Part shown: positions 12,038 through 25,168 of the stretch, piece after piece
Position numbering within the stretch: the stretch's first letter is position 1
Layout: each line of letters starts with the position of its first letter
Assembly: GCA_963575745.1 (NCBI GenBank)
Contig: CAUYUJ010000126.1
Span: 496,001 to 560,000, forward strand
DNA: 64,000 bases
Direction: 5' to 3'
From: Prorocentrum cordatum
Lineage: Eukaryota
Position numbers and translations under genes: made by a program
Notes under the pieces: model-generated
What the model was told of the DNA's origin: nothing
What the model saw: the letters and a program-made list of their open reading frames with translations, nothing else
Database searches by the model: none

Positions 12038-12600
12038 ATCAGTGGCACGCCGGCGTGGGGAACCCATCAGCATGTCAGTGCTGAAGAAACACCGGGTCTC
12101 GGGACAAAACAAGGGAGCGGCACGCTGACGTGTTCACGACGGTGACGTGTCATTGATAGTAGTTGTTCCTCTCCACTCCCAGGTGAGCCCAAGCATGGCA
12201 GGCGCGCATCCCGCTTTAGCGAGGCAGCAAGGTTCTACCCTCCATGAGCTCGAGACTGCGGCTGCGGCGGGCACGAAGGGAACCAGAGGCGCTCAGTGCA
12301 GCAGGCGGAGTGCCCGAGACGGAGCAGTAGACGTGCAAACGACGACGACGCAGCCAGGGCACTGAGACTGTTTTTTCCCCCGCCCGCGTCGTGGACAAGC
12401 CCCCGCCGTCGGAGAAGACGGCAGCGGCAGCGGCAGCGGCACGCGTCGGGCAGGCCGTGCTCGCGCCCGGGCGGCGCGTCGCGCTGCTGCGGAGAGCCCT
12501 TCGCGGGCCGCCACCGCCGAGGCGAGCGGGGGCGGCGCACGCCCCCGGCTGGCCGCCCGGGTGGGGGCCGAGCGGGCGCGGTCGGAGGATTCGCAGGCGC

Positions 12601-12736
12601 CTTGCAGGCGCAGCGGCGGCGCGTCGGCGGACGCCGCGGTGGAATGCAGCGGGCTCCGCGGCACGCCGCGTGGCCGGTGCATCGGCGAGGCGTCGCGGTC
12701 CTCCGACAACGCCGGCTCCGATCCGAACTGGGCGGC
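12601..12736 (-). CDS. possible exon of minus-strand host gene
   Basis: GC-rich block bounded by ccag|G and AAG|gc; frame uncertain. Confidence 0.3.
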
Positions 12737-13559
12737 CTGGAGACGAGCATGCCGATGGAAAGCCGCGGCCGTCGCCCCGTGCCGATTCGCACACTTCAGC
12801 TATACACCACCACCACCACTGGCCAGGGCCGCCCTCTGAACCTGGGATTGTGCGTACAGCGTCCTGGCCTCTTGTGGCATATTGGGTTCCCTGGATGCTC
12901 TCCTGGGAGGGTCGGGGTCTTCCTGCCGACACCTGCACGCCAGAGCGGCCCAAGAGATCGTCTCTTTTATTCCGGCGATCACCCAAGTTATCCGGTGGGG
13001 TGGGGGGGGAGAGGGGAGGTGCTGGCCGATAACCTGAACCTTTTCGCTCTGGACAGCCCCACGTATGCCCGCGCGCAAAAATACCGCGTTCCCCTTGCGG
13101 ACCTGAGCAGCCGACCAGGTCAGGCTATCCGGGGGCGAATGGGGGGGGGCGAGCGGGCCCGATAACCCGGGCTGTCGTCGGACCCCTCAAAACACACTCT
13201 CCAGGAGACCGCCCTGCACACCATCCCAGGGCCCACGATGGCCCTGGCCAGGGGCGGTGGTGGAGCACGGCTGCCCTCTGTGGAGCCGGACGCGAGCGGC
13301 TGGAGCGGCCTCAGCCCATCCCTTCCTCTCTGGCAGCCTCCCGCAGCAGCTCCTCCGCCCTCTCGGGATCCTCGGCCTGCCTCTCCAGCTCCGCCTCGGC
13401 GCTGGTCCGCTCCACCTCCCCGTGGTCCATCGGGCCGTCTGGCCGGGGAGGGCTCATCAGCCGCAGCCTCTGAGCACCGTTTAACAGATCCCGATCCCCA
13501 CTGGCGTGGCTTTGGCCCCACAGGCTGATTTACTAGTCCAGATGGATAGACGTGTATAC

Positions 13560-15740
13560 GGATTCACATACATAGCTATGATAGAAGCATGCATGTAGGT
13601 GTATGAACGTATGTTAGATATATAACCTATAGATGTGTATATATGTATACATGTTTGCATGCGTGTATGTGTATATGTGCGTATGTGTACATGCATGACT
13701 GTATGTATATGTATATATATATATATGAATGGTTGTGTGTGTGCTTGCATGTATGTATGTGCGTAATTATGAATATACGTATGTACGCATGTACGTATGC
13801 ATGTATGAAGGTATACATGTAGGCATGAACTTATGCATGCATGCATGCATGTATGCATGAGTGTTTGTGTGAATGTATATATACATATATGTATATGCAT
13901 GTATGTATGTGTGTGTTGCAATGCGTGTATGTGTGTATGTATGCTTACATGCATGCATGCATGCATGCATATGTGCATATATGCATATATGCATGTGTAT
14001 GTATGCATGTATGTATGCATGCAAATCAATATGCCAAGAAGTATGTCTGTATGAATACGCGAATGTGTGATTGTATGCATGTATGTAGGCTTGTATGTAT
14101 GCATGCATGCATGAACGTATACATGTATGTATGCGTGTATGGATGCTGATATGGATGTGTATGCATGCATGCATGCATGCATGCATGTATGTATGGATGC
14201 ATGTGTGTATGTAAGTGTGTACGCTTGTATGTATACATGCAGGTGTATGTGTGCACTCATGCATGCATGCACGTATGCATGAATGTGTGCCTGTGTGCTT
14301 GTGTGCATGCTTTTATGTATGCATGGATGCATGCATGCATGTATGTGTGCATGCATGTGTGCATGCCTGTACCTATGTATCTGTGTATACATGCATTCAT
14401 GTATTTGCGTATGTATGCATGTATGCATGTATGCATGTGTACATGTGTATAGTCGTATGCATACATGCAGGCATGCAGGCATGTTATGTATGTGTGTAAG
14501 TGTGTATGCATGTGTGTACGTAGGTATGTCCGCATACATGCATGCATGTATGTATGCATGAATTGATGTATACGTGTTGGTATGTATGTTTGTGTTGTAT
14601 GTATGTGTGTATGCAGACATCAAGTAATGTATGCATGTATGTGTATGTGTACGCATGTATGTATGTATGTAGAGGGCAGAAAATCCACCCCGATAATAAC
14701 CATCCCGACACGAGAGGCCTTGAGTAAACGCGCCCAAAGAAGGAATCGAACACGGCAGGGCTGTTTAGTAAACGCCCAGGGCCGTTTAAACAACGCCAAT
14801 TGTCCCGTCCGGGAGGTTTTTCCTCCCTTGAGCATGTATGCGTGCATGCATGTATGTATGAATGTGTGAAGCTGTTGTTGTATGTATGTGTGTTTGTATG
14901 ATTGCATATATGTGTGCATGTATGCATGCATGCATTCATGCATGTATGTATGTGTGCATGTGTGTATATGTGTCTGTATGTGTGTATGTATGGCTGCATG
15001 CATGCCTGCCTGCATGCATGCATGTACGTATGGATGTATGTGTGTATGTGTATGTGTATGTGTGCATGATCATGCGTGGGTGCGTGGGTGTATGTGTGCG
15101 TGCATGTATGCATGTATGTGTGAATGTGTGTGATTATGTATGTTGTATGTATGTATGAGTGGTGCGTGCATGCTGTATGGTGTATGTTGTATGGACGTGG
15201 TATGTTGTATGTGTGTATGCTGTGGTTGTTGCATGTTGTATGTTGTATGAATGTGTACACGCATGAAAGTATGTATGTGTGTATGTGTATGTGTGTATGC
15301 ATGCATGCATGTATGTATGGTTGTATGTATGTATGTATGCATGCATATATGTGTATGTGTATCGTGATGTTTGTATGTTTGCATACATGCATGCAAGTGT
15401 GTGTATGCATGCATGTGTGTATGTATATATGTATACATGTATGTGTATGGATGTAAGCATGCATATATGTATGTATGCATGTATGTGTATATGTATGTGT
15501 GTACGTGCGGTTGCTTGTATGGTTGCATGGGTGTATCTATGTATGTATGCATGCATGCATACATGCCTGCATGTGTGCATACTTGTATGTATGTGTGTTT
15601 GTAAGTGTGTGTATGTTTTTTATGGATGGATTGGTGAATGTATGAACTTATTGATGTGTATGTGAATATATATATATATATATACACATATGTGTGGATG
15701 CATGCATGGTTGCATTCATGCATGTATGTATGTGTATAGA
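13560..15740. repeat. (ATGC/ATGT/GT)n alternating purine-pyrimidine low-complexity tract
   Basis: Seen directly; source of the His/Thr/Met/Cys-rich spurious ORFs. Confidence 0.95.
14671..14830. repeat. short dispersed repeat inside the microsatellite; second copy at about 54362-54540
   Basis: Both share gaaggaatcga..gggctg.ttag.a.acgccca.ggccg...ccgggag...tttcctcccttg. Confidence 0.65.
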
Positions 15741-16569
15741 TGCCTGCTCTTTCCGGCTTCCACCTAGGAGGTTTGTTTGCGCGACCGAGATGCCCTGGCC
15801 CAGTGAGGCTGGGGATAGGCTCCCAGACCCTCGATGCCCTAACTTTTTCCATTCGGAGTCCCCAGAAATCCCAGACATTCGATGTGGGGACAGGCTTCCA
15901 GACATTCGATGTCCTAACCTTGTCCGTGCGGGGTCCCAAGAAGGCCCGCCCCCTTTCCCAGGACCGGCTTCTCATCCCGAGTTGTGTTTGACGTTCCCAG
16001 GGCCCAGCGAGGGCCCCTGGAGGCAAAACACTGGCCCCCAATCCCTCGGGCCTGCTTTTTTTTCTCGACGCGAGCATGTCTGGGTGGGGTGCTGCCAAAC
16101 CTGTAGCCCTTGTTTTCACTACTCGCGATCACGCCCGTGAGCAGCCTGGCCCCCCTCCGCCCCCCACCCCCCCTGAACACGTCACGACTCGCGTCGGTGC
16201 CGTCTGGGAAGAAGGCAGTCTTAAGCATTCCACGGCCCCAGCGCGAATTATGGCTGACCCCAAGAGGCCGACCCCCATCAGCAGGGGCAAAGAACCCCCC
16301 CGGGTCACGCCCGCATCGCAAGGGGATAAAAAACGCTGTCCATTTTGGGCGCCCGAATTGGGTACAGAAAAGACAGGTACGATGGCCACCAGCAAGCGTT
16401 ATCGAAAACTCACAGCGGCCGCTGTTGGACAGGCGGCTCTCTGTCGCCGAAAGCGACTCCTGTTCAAAGTGAGCAGGACATGCTGTCGGTCTTGATACCC
16501 ATTTCGATCGCACCGAGCCTTTAGAGGCCTCCTAGATGGGATCCTCAGGATCGCGCGGCATCGCCGATG

Positions 16570-16741
16570 CATCAACCAGCATAATAAGGATGGGCAACCT
16601 TCCCAAGGGTATCCTTGCATCCTTGCCTCCTCGGTCCATCCTTGGCCACTTTCGTTGGCCGCTCCCCGCTTGAAAAGCTGCGAAATAGGCGTCCAAGGCC
16701 CTTGCATCCTCATCGTGCATCCTTCTGATACGGACCGACTA
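16570..16741 (-). mobile_element. CAGTC-family MITE copy, inverted
   Basis: Reverse complement of the aaggatgcaagggccttggacgcc...cttgggaaggttgcccatccttat body. Confidence 0.7.
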
Positions 16742-17107
16742 TATACTTCCAGGGAAGGCGGCAATGCACAAGGTCGCTGGTTCTTCGTGGTGATGTATGA
16801 AACCGCCACCCTCCCCTGAGGCCCAGAAACAATCCATTGGAGGGCATCAATGTGTACACATATAAGCATATATATATATATATATAAGTGTATATATCTA
16901 CAAATATGGCGGACATACCCATGTCGATCGTATCGAGGGCCTCGGGGACGGATGCGGCAGCAGCGGTGGCGACGAAGGCCATGGGAGGCCCCAAACAGGC
17001 GAAATCGAGGCGAGGGCAGCAGTATGGGCACCCATTCCTCCACTGAGTACCAAAAGGCCTCGGGGACGGATGCGGCAGCAGCCCGGCGCCGGCCGCGCCC
17101 GCGTCAC

Positions 17108-17214
17108 CCGCCTCGGCGCCGCCGCCCGCAGCGCCTGCCAGCCGGCCGGCCACCAGCGGCCCCTCCGGGGCCGTGGGCGCCTCCGGCCCCGCGGCAAAGG
17201 CCGAGTCGCCGCCC
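17108..17214 (-). CDS. possible micro-exon (GGDSAFAAGPEAPTAPEGPLVAGRLAGAAGGGAEA)
   Basis: cccag|G acceptor, G|gtgac donor; phase matches the 18575-18691 exon. Confidence 0.4.
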
Positions 17215-17259
17215 CTGGGAGCCGTGGTGCGGCGGCAGTCGCCCTGGTGGGAAAGCGGC

Positions 17260-17875
17260 ACCTCCGCCTCCTCCGCCTCCTCCGCCGACTCCTCCTCCTG
17301 CTCCTCCTCCTGCTCCTCCTCCTCCTCCTTCTCCTCCTCCTCCTCGTCCTCCTCCTCGTCCTCCTCGTCCTCCTCCTCCTCCTCCTCCTCCTCCTCCTCC
17401 TCCTCCTCCTCCTCCTCTGATTAGCATTACTCTTCTTATACTTACTACTAGTATGAATATTCCTCTATGAGTATTATCATGACTGTTCTTACTCGTCGTG
17501 ATATTGATATTACTGGAATTATCCGAAGTATGCTTGAACTTGCTCGTAATAGTAGCATGATTTTTATTAAATATATTATACACATGTGGAATCGCACGTT
17601 TACTACGTGTTCTTCGTCGTAATAATAATACTATTGCTGTTATTATGAATAGTATTAACATGACTCCTCCTTCTCCGCTCCTCCTCCTCCGCCTCCTCCT
17701 CTTCCTCCTCCTCCTCCGCCTCCTCCTCCTCATCCTCCTCCGCCTCCTCCTCCTACTACTCCTCCTCCGCCTCCCCCTCATTCGCCTCCTCCGCCGCCTC
17801 CTCCCACCTCCTCCTGCCTCCTCCTCTTCCTCCTCCTCCTCCTCCTCCTCCTCCTCCTCCTCCTCCTCCTCCTCA
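17260..17875. repeat. (CCT)n and TAT-rich simple repeat
   Basis: Seen directly. Confidence 0.9.
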
Positions 17876-18574
17876 CCTACACACCGAGCCTGGCCAGATT
17901 GGTCCCGTGCCCAGGATCGTGAGCTCGCTTCGGAGCTGAGGCCCAGTGGGAGGGCGAAGAGGGGCGAAGTACGCGGGGGGGGGGCGAGTGGGGAGGGGGA
18001 TGGAGAGGTCAATCCGATACTTACTCAGCCCAGCGAGCGCTGGCTGACGGTAAGCCCAAGCCTTTTTGCCCAAGCCAGGAGTGCGCGCCCTCCCGGCTTG
18101 GGCAGGAGGGCGCATACACCGATCCTGGGCTCAAGATCGGCCTGGAAAGGGTCGGTGACGGTGTGGGTTCCCTGAGATCTAACGTCGCGGAAGAATACAA
18201 CATCGCAACAAAAACGACGGTAGCCCTAGAACACATCTTTCTGCTGCACGTTTCGAGCCAACTCGACCCGTGAGGGTCCCAGGGCCCGAAACCAGCCGAA
18301 AACACTAGTTGTGAAGGACATTGCAACCCCCAGGTCTCAAGGGTTGGCGCCCTCCGACCTTGGGGACACCCAAAAGGTACCGATGCCGCTGCTCCCCGGA
18401 CCTCTCCCAGGGGTCTGCCTGACCAGCGGTGGCGACGAGGGCCCCCCCCAGGAGGCCCGCGCAGCGAAACGCGAGGGCATCCGCTCTTCCTCCCCCGAGG
18501 CCCTGCAGTCGCCCAGGAACGCGCCCAGCGCACGCCGCGACCGCCCGCCCCCGCGGGCCGCGGCGCCCGCGCAC

Positions 18575-18691
18575 GGGTCCGCCAGCAGGCCCGTGGCGCG
18601 GGCCGAGGCGGAGGCCCCGCGGCGCCCGCCGCGCGCCGGGCCGCCGAGGAGGCCGCCCGGGGCCTCCTCGCCGGGCAGGGGGCCCGCCGCC
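18575..18691 (-). CDS. possible micro-exon (AAGPLPGEEAPGGLLGGPARGG...LLAD)
   Basis: gccag|G acceptor, gtgcgc donor, 117 nt. Confidence 0.35.
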
Positions 18692-18999
18692 CTGGCGCGC
18701 CCGAGCGCGGGCCAGGCCAGCAGCTCCAGCGGCGGGCGCGGCGCCATTGGGCGAGGGCCTCCACCACTGCGACGGGTAGGGCGGGGGAGAAGGAAGGACG
18801 GGGAGGTCCTCCTCCTCCTCCGCCTCCTCCTCCTCCTCCTGCTCCTCCTCCTCCTTTCCTTTTCCTCCTCCTCCTCCTCCTCCTCCATTCCTGTTCCTTA
18901 TTCAATAACTGCCCCCTGTCGCACCCCGAGGCCAGCTTTTAGGGCGGGCCGGGCGTTTCGCCTGAGACTCCCTCACCATTTTTGAGCCTGGAGCTCAAG

Positions 19000-19230
19000 A
19001 AGTGGCAACAGTTTCACAGATGGAGGCGCAAATTCGTTTTGAAAAAGTGCAAGAGTTTCACGGATTGAGGGCGGGTCGTTTTCAAAATGTGGCTCTCGCC
19101 TTAGCGCCGCGCACATTCGTTCTAAGCATGTGCAAGAGTTTCACGGATTGAGGGCGGCTCCTTTTCAAAATGTGGCTCTCCCCTTAGCGCCGCGCACATT
19201 CGTTCATAAAATTGGGAATAGTTTCGCGGA
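19000..19230 (+). repeat. about 80-bp-unit repeat; inverted copy at about 53375-53650
   Basis: tttcaaaatgtggctctcgccttagcgccgcgcacattcgtt twice here and as reverse complement near 53400. Confidence 0.75.
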
Positions 19231-21059
19231 TTCCCATGATCAGCGTACCAGAAATGGTCTTTTGGAACGATTCAAGAGCATGCGGGTGCAACAGTTATGT
19301 TGATTCGCGGTGTTGAGGTCCCAGAAATGGCGTTCTGGCACGGTTCCAGATCGTCAAGACGCAGCAGTCAGGTTGACCCGTTGCGTTGAAATCCAGAAGA
19401 TAATGTTTTGGCATGCTTCAGGGTCTTCAACGGTGTCTTCCAACGAGGCAACTCCCTCAATGGAAATAACACGTTATAGGGGCCTATGAAGAGGGAGCCT
19501 GGAGGGAGGGTTATTTCCAACATCGTTGATGACTCTTTCGTTTACACTGGTCCACCTCCTCCTCCTCCTCCTCCTCCTCCTCCTCCTCCTCCTCCTCCTC
19601 CTCCTCCTCCCCCTTCTCCTCCCCCTCCTCCTCCCCCCTCCTCCCTCCTCCTCCCTCCCCTACCGAATGGTGGTGGCAGATCAGCACATCAGTTGGGGCC
19701 GCGGCGCCGAGGTCGCCTGGGGCGCGCAGGGCCCCGGCGGGAGCTCGAGCCTGGGCAGCCGTCGCGCCGCGGCCGCGGACTTTTTGTCGGAGCTCGGCCG
19801 GCGCGGGCACCAGTCGGGCGGGCCCAAAGGGCAGCCCTCCGGGGCGCCACTGCGGGGTGCACACGCAACTCCGTCGCGCTGCCCGCAGGGCCCCCAGGGC
19901 AGCTGGCGCTCGCAGCCGCGTGCGGCTGTCGCGTTGCCCCTGTCGAGGTCGCCTGGGAAGCGCAGGGCCCCGGCGGGAGCTTGAGCCTCCCAGGAGGCCA
20001 CGGACGGTCCCAGACATGTCCCGGGATCTGCGGGTTCGCGCCACATGCCACTGGCGCCGCCGCGGGCAGGGGGCCCAGAGGCGGGCGGCGCCCCCAGAGG
20101 GCACGGCAGCGCACTTGCCTCAAAGCGGCCAGCCGGTCGGGATCCACCGCGGCCCCACGATTCGGGGGGGGGGAGGAAAGAAGGTCGGCGGTGGACAACC
20201 CTCCCTTTAGTAGACCTCCCCTTAGTGAAAACGGCCTGGGACCGAAACCGACGGGCCTGGACCCGCAAAAATGACGACCGCGACGCCCTCTCGCGAGCCG
20301 AAAACGGCCACTTCCTTAATCGACGTGTTAGGGTAGGAGGTCTATCCACCTCCGAAAGGCGACAACGGAGGACGAGGAGGAGAGGAGGCGGGGCGCACGC
20401 CCGCGGCCAGGGACGGCCTCGGGGATCTCTCAGGTCCGGCGGTTGTGGGGGACGCGTCGGGCGCCGCGGCCGCTCTGGAGCGTGCCGGGACGCTCCGAGA
20501 GCGCCCCAGGAGGCTCTGCAGAGCGATCCAGCAGGGGATGTGTCGACCCCTGCCCCAGGCTTCGTGGAGTGTTCGAACGGACCAGAAATTTGGGGCCCAA
20601 CCCTGGGACACGCGATGGAGGGGGGCAGCCATCCTCGATAGGAGTGCGTCCGAATACCCCCGTCGAGTAGCCCCCGTGGGGTGTATTCCAGAACTCCCCT
20701 CCTTTTCTGAGCGGCCTCATTTTCCGTCGAAAGGCTGGGGGCTTGGGGAGAAAACATCGCCTGCGACGATCTATCCCGAGCCTGGGCCTGGCCAAGAGTC
20801 TGCGGGCAGCCGCGGCGCCGCGCCCGCGAGCTTCGTCAGAGCTCGGCCACGCCGGCGGGATTCGAGGCGCGACGGGCCCTGCACAGGAGGAGGAGGAGGA
20901 GGAGAAGGAGGAGGAGGAGGACGAGGATGCTGCAGTGCGGCTGTCGTGCTGTTCCTGTGGTGCACGCGCACGCGCGCGCGCAAGGGGCCGCTCCTGCAGG
21001 CCCCCCATCGGGCGGAGCAGGTGAGGCCTGAGTTCGGGGTTGAGGGCGGGCGAGTCGGT

Positions 21060-21425
21060 GTGTGCGTGTGCGTGAATGAGTGTTGTCTTGTGTGCTGTGT
21101 GTTGCGTGTTGTGTGTTGTGTGTTGTGTATTGTGTGCTGTGTGTTGCGTGTTGTGTAATGTGTGTGTTGTGTAATGTGTGTTGTGTGTTGTATGCTGTGT
21201 GTGTTGTGAGTTGTGTGTTGTGTGTTGTGTGCTGTGTGTTGTTTTGTGTGTGTTGTGTGTTGTGTGTTGTGTGTTGTGTGTTGTGTGTTGTGTGTTGTGT
21301 ATTGTGTGTTGTGTTGTGTTGTGTTGTGTTGTGTTGTGTTGTGTTGTGTTGTGTTGTGTTGTGTTGTGTTGCGTTGTGCTGTTGTTGCTGCTGCCGTTGT
21401 CATTGTTGTTGTTGTTTGTGTGTGT
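21060..21425. repeat. (GTGTT)n-type microsatellite
   Basis: Seen directly. Confidence 0.95.
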
Positions 21426-21799
21426 GTCGGCTCTCCCTGCGGGAAAAGCCGTCCTCCAAGAGTGCCTCGCGATGGTCCCGAGAAGCTGCGGGATTCGGAG
21501 GCGGGAGCTGTAGGCACCACCGCCATGTCCGGCAGGGGCAGCCCTGGGCCCTTGAATGGTGCATCCGGGCTCCTGGTCTCAACCAGGAGGGTGCCGAAGC
21601 CATGCGGACACTTCAAGATGTTCAATCCAAACCGCGACCTCCGAGGCACCACCGACTCTCCCGAGAGACCCCCAAACGCCCACCAGAATCCCCCCCTGCA
21701 CAAAAACATCCCCCACATCTCGCTGGCGTCGCATAGTAGTCAGGAAACAAAGCTACCCTGGCGAAGGACCAAGCCATATGAAAGTGGGAATGCCGCCAG

Positions 21800-22866
21800 G
21801 GAGGTGGGACGCAGCAGGGGGAACAGCCTATGTGGCCACGAAACAAGCGAGGGGTGTACCGCGACACAGGCGGGGCGGCGCCATGAGAACCCTGCCACTG
21901 CCACCGTCGGTGGAGCTTCCCAGGGGGCCACGAAGCGTGTGAGGGGTGTGCAGAAATGGGCGGGGCGGGGCCAGACGGACCCTGGAAGTGGAGCTTCCCA
22001 GGGGGCCACGAAACGTGCGAGTTGTGTGCGGGAAGGGGGATGCGGAGGGCAGAGGTAGGGACGAGAGGGGAAGGGGTAATGAGGAGTCAAGGGGGAACGC
22101 GGGGCACGTGAACTCTGCCACTGGCGCCCTCGGTGGAGCTCCCTACTTACGCAGGACGAAAGATTTTCCGATTGAGGTGCAAATGGCGATGATAAGTTGG
22201 AAAATAATGACCGAACCCCCTTCCCCCGTAGAATCTGAACACGGTCGGATTCTGGGGTCCGCGGTTCCGATTTCTTCCGGTTCCACGTTTTCATGTAATA
22301 CTAAACTCAAAACGGGGTAGAAATCGGATCCACCGTTAAAAATAAGGCCGAACACGGATCTAGCAAATCCGAGGTCGGATCCGCGCGGACGGAAATGGGA
22401 TCCACCGCAACAAACACCAAAGCCACACTTGGATCCGCGCGAACCTCATGGGATCCGACGGCGGTTCTCTCACACGCGTCTGCTCAAGACTTCAGGCCGT
22501 CGTTCTGGGCCCAAAAGGAAAACCTGTCGTCCTGGGGATGTATGGGGCCACGATTCAGGCGAGGGGTGCACCGCAAAATAGGCAGGGGCGGCGCCATGCG
22601 AACCCTGCCACTGGCACCTTCGATTCCATGCGGCCACGCACCGTGTGAGGGATGTGCCGAAATGGGCGGGGCGGCGCCATGCGAACCCTTCCACTGGCGC
22701 CGTCGGTGGAGCTCCCTATGGGACCACCAAATGTGTGATGGTTATGCGGAGATGGGCATGCGAAGGGCAGAGGAAGGAATGGGGGGGAGGAGGAAGGAGT
22801 GAGGAGGGACGCGGGGCACGGTCTCTTGAAAACGAGGACCCAAACCCACATGGTGGTTTGGAAAAA
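21800..22866 (+). repeat. internally repetitive element (gccactggcgccgtcggtggagctccctatggggccacgaa units) split by a MITE
   Basis: Unit recurs several times on both sides of the 22146-22540 insert. Confidence 0.7.
22146..22540. mobile_element. 395-bp MITE with TA duplication
   Basis: Imperfect 24-bp TIR (cttacgcaggacgaaagattttcc / ggaaaacctgtcgtcctggggatg, 19/24), TA on both sides, splits host motif ggagctcccTAtggggccacg. Confidence 0.7.
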
Positions 22867-23149
22867 CGTGCAGCATCGAAACAAGGAACAGGTTTCCCCG
22901 ACGCGGATGTCACGCAACAGTCCGAGAAAACCAGCACCACCCTACAGCTCCCCCATCCCACCGAGCGACGAGGCAGATGTTCAAGCACGCACGATGACAC
23001 AAGGCGGGTCGGCAGAGCGCGCGAAGCGTTTGAGCGCCTGCTGTGTCTGACCTCTGGCCCGAGGTCCGTTCGAGATCTGCCCCCACGGGACCCTCCCAAA
23101 CACCATGCTGGCAAGCCCTGCGACCCAATTCCAGGCGTGGCAGAAGCAC

Positions 23150-23620
23150 ACTGGCAAAAACATCAATGAGACGGCACGCGGACCTCAAAGCGTCAGGCAT
23201 GCGACGGCAATGACTGTGATGATATTACAACAGCCCGAGAGACTGTACATACACATCTACGAAGAGATCGGCCAAGTGGGGAATACAACGGAGCCGAAAC
23301 ACTTGGGAACAGAGCTGAGCAAGGGAAATGGCAACAGCAACTTCACAGGACCGAGCCAAACCAAAATTCAACAGCATGCCAAAGCAAGCAAGTTCATCAC
23401 AAACCACACACAATGCCGGAACAAAAAGAACAGAAAAAAGGCCAGGCAATGGAAACTACCGACAACAAGGGAACAAGACCGAGGCGGGAGCGGTCGGGGA
23501 CAAGGTCGAATCAAGAAAGAGCTGCCAACCCAAAACGATAGCAAGCATGGCGGGGCGAATAGTCTCACATGAAAGTCACAGCCGGGGACATAACCCATCA
23601 AGAAAGTAACCCGGCGCGAC
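23150..23620 (+). pseudogene. possible highly decayed LINE RT thumb fragment
   Basis: KHLGTELSKGNGNSNFTGP resembles the KYLG region of LINE RTs; single motif only. Confidence 0.3.
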
Positions 23621-25168
23621 CCCAATTAGGGGAATAACTTTTGCGAGGTAGAGACATGTGCAGTGATATGCAACGAGGTGTAGCACAGGAAGTGGCAGTC
23701 AAAGCCTTGCACAGCAACGCCATGCATGGCATAACACTGTCTAGCTTACCATGGTACACCAGCGCCGCATCTTATTAGGTAGCATAGCATAAATCGTCGC
23801 AATGATGCATAACAGCACACTGCATTACATTGCATTGAAGCCCAACACATTGTGCTTCGCTTTGCATCGTCTGAAAGAGCATGGCGTGCATAGCACACAT
23901 TGCATATGGCAACATCGCACTGCATAGCATAGCACGGCATAGTACAACAACCTATAGCACAACATCGCGCGACGCTACCGTACCTTAACGTCAACATCAC
24001 CATCATATGTAGAATGTGTCTTAGCAGGGCATAACGTTAGCATTGCATAGCCTAACATGGCACATCATGACATCTGCGCGGGCGACCAGCGCACAAGTCA
24101 GGAGGAAAAGACCTGACCGAGAAGCCGAGACAACACTTCTCTCCACAAAACAAATAAGAATCCTGTCGGCAAACCGGATTGAAGAAAAAACACATCAGGG
24201 CGGATGATTGAGAAGGACTAGCCGACAAGCAGAACTCGTGGAATCAGCCGGAATCATTGTTGATCTGACCTCTGGCTAGATTTGGATGTACAGAACACTT
24301 CCAATTGTTCTGAGGGTACCTGTAATCTGGGGCAGTCGCCCGCAGTTCCAAAGAGAGGGCCCCTGCAGTCCAGGGCGGTGTAACTGCAGTTTGGGGCGGC
24401 GGAATCTGTCTGGGGGAGGAACACATGGAGTCCAACATTAACGGCGTTTTGCGCCGAAGCGCCGGGATTGAAATACTCAAACCCTCCGAGATCTGGGACG
24501 TCTTCTACTTTCGGTTCATAACTCGAGTCTGGCGCGGCTGTTCAGGACGATCTGGGCCCCCTCGGAACGCCCTCGGCGCAGCGCAGCTGCCAGAAGGCAT
24601 CCCGAGGCTGGAAACAGGCCGCGAACGGACAAAGACGCCCAGCTCGAGATCCAACGAAAGCTCCCGGTCATGTGCAAAAAGATCGCCCATCGCCAGAGAT
24701 CCAGCGACGACGACCACCGTGGAGGGGAGCGATGGGCTACAAGGGGGAACGGGCTCAGAGGGGGGAACCTCGACCTAGACTTAGCGAAACATCGCCGACC
24801 GATCGGCGATAGCCCCCCGATAGCAAAACCGACCGTCTCTGGGCGGTGTGGGCTACGGCGCCCACATCGGCGATGATTGGGCGATCGAGGGCCAGCGCGA
24901 CCCCCCAGTCCATCCCCTCGAACGTTGCCCCGGCTTTCGGAGCACGACTCGACTCCGCGGCGGCCGCTCGGGACGATCCAAGAACCCCCAATAAACCACC
25001 GAGAGCCCGTCGAAAGTTCCCGCTGCCCCTCGGGCGAAGTGCCCGAACCAATCCCCCCCTACTTGGACCGCCGCGGGGGCGGGGGGGCTAAAGAGATAGG
25101 GGGTCTAGAAGTGGATGATACAGTCGGGGCGTTGACCTAAGGAACCCTAAATAAGGAACGAGGCTCCT

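Noticed and set aside
7842..12112. Many overlapping ORFs in the CCAAGA arrays (also 47.5-50.2 kb)
   Set aside because: Translations of a minisatellite, open in several frames on both strands, with no domain motifs.
13481..16119. Long His/Thr/Met/Cys-rich ORFs
   Set aside because: Products of (ATGY)n repeats.
18055..18135. Leader-like words aagcctttttgcccaag and ggctcaag
   Set aside because: Short gapped matches with no associated element boundary.
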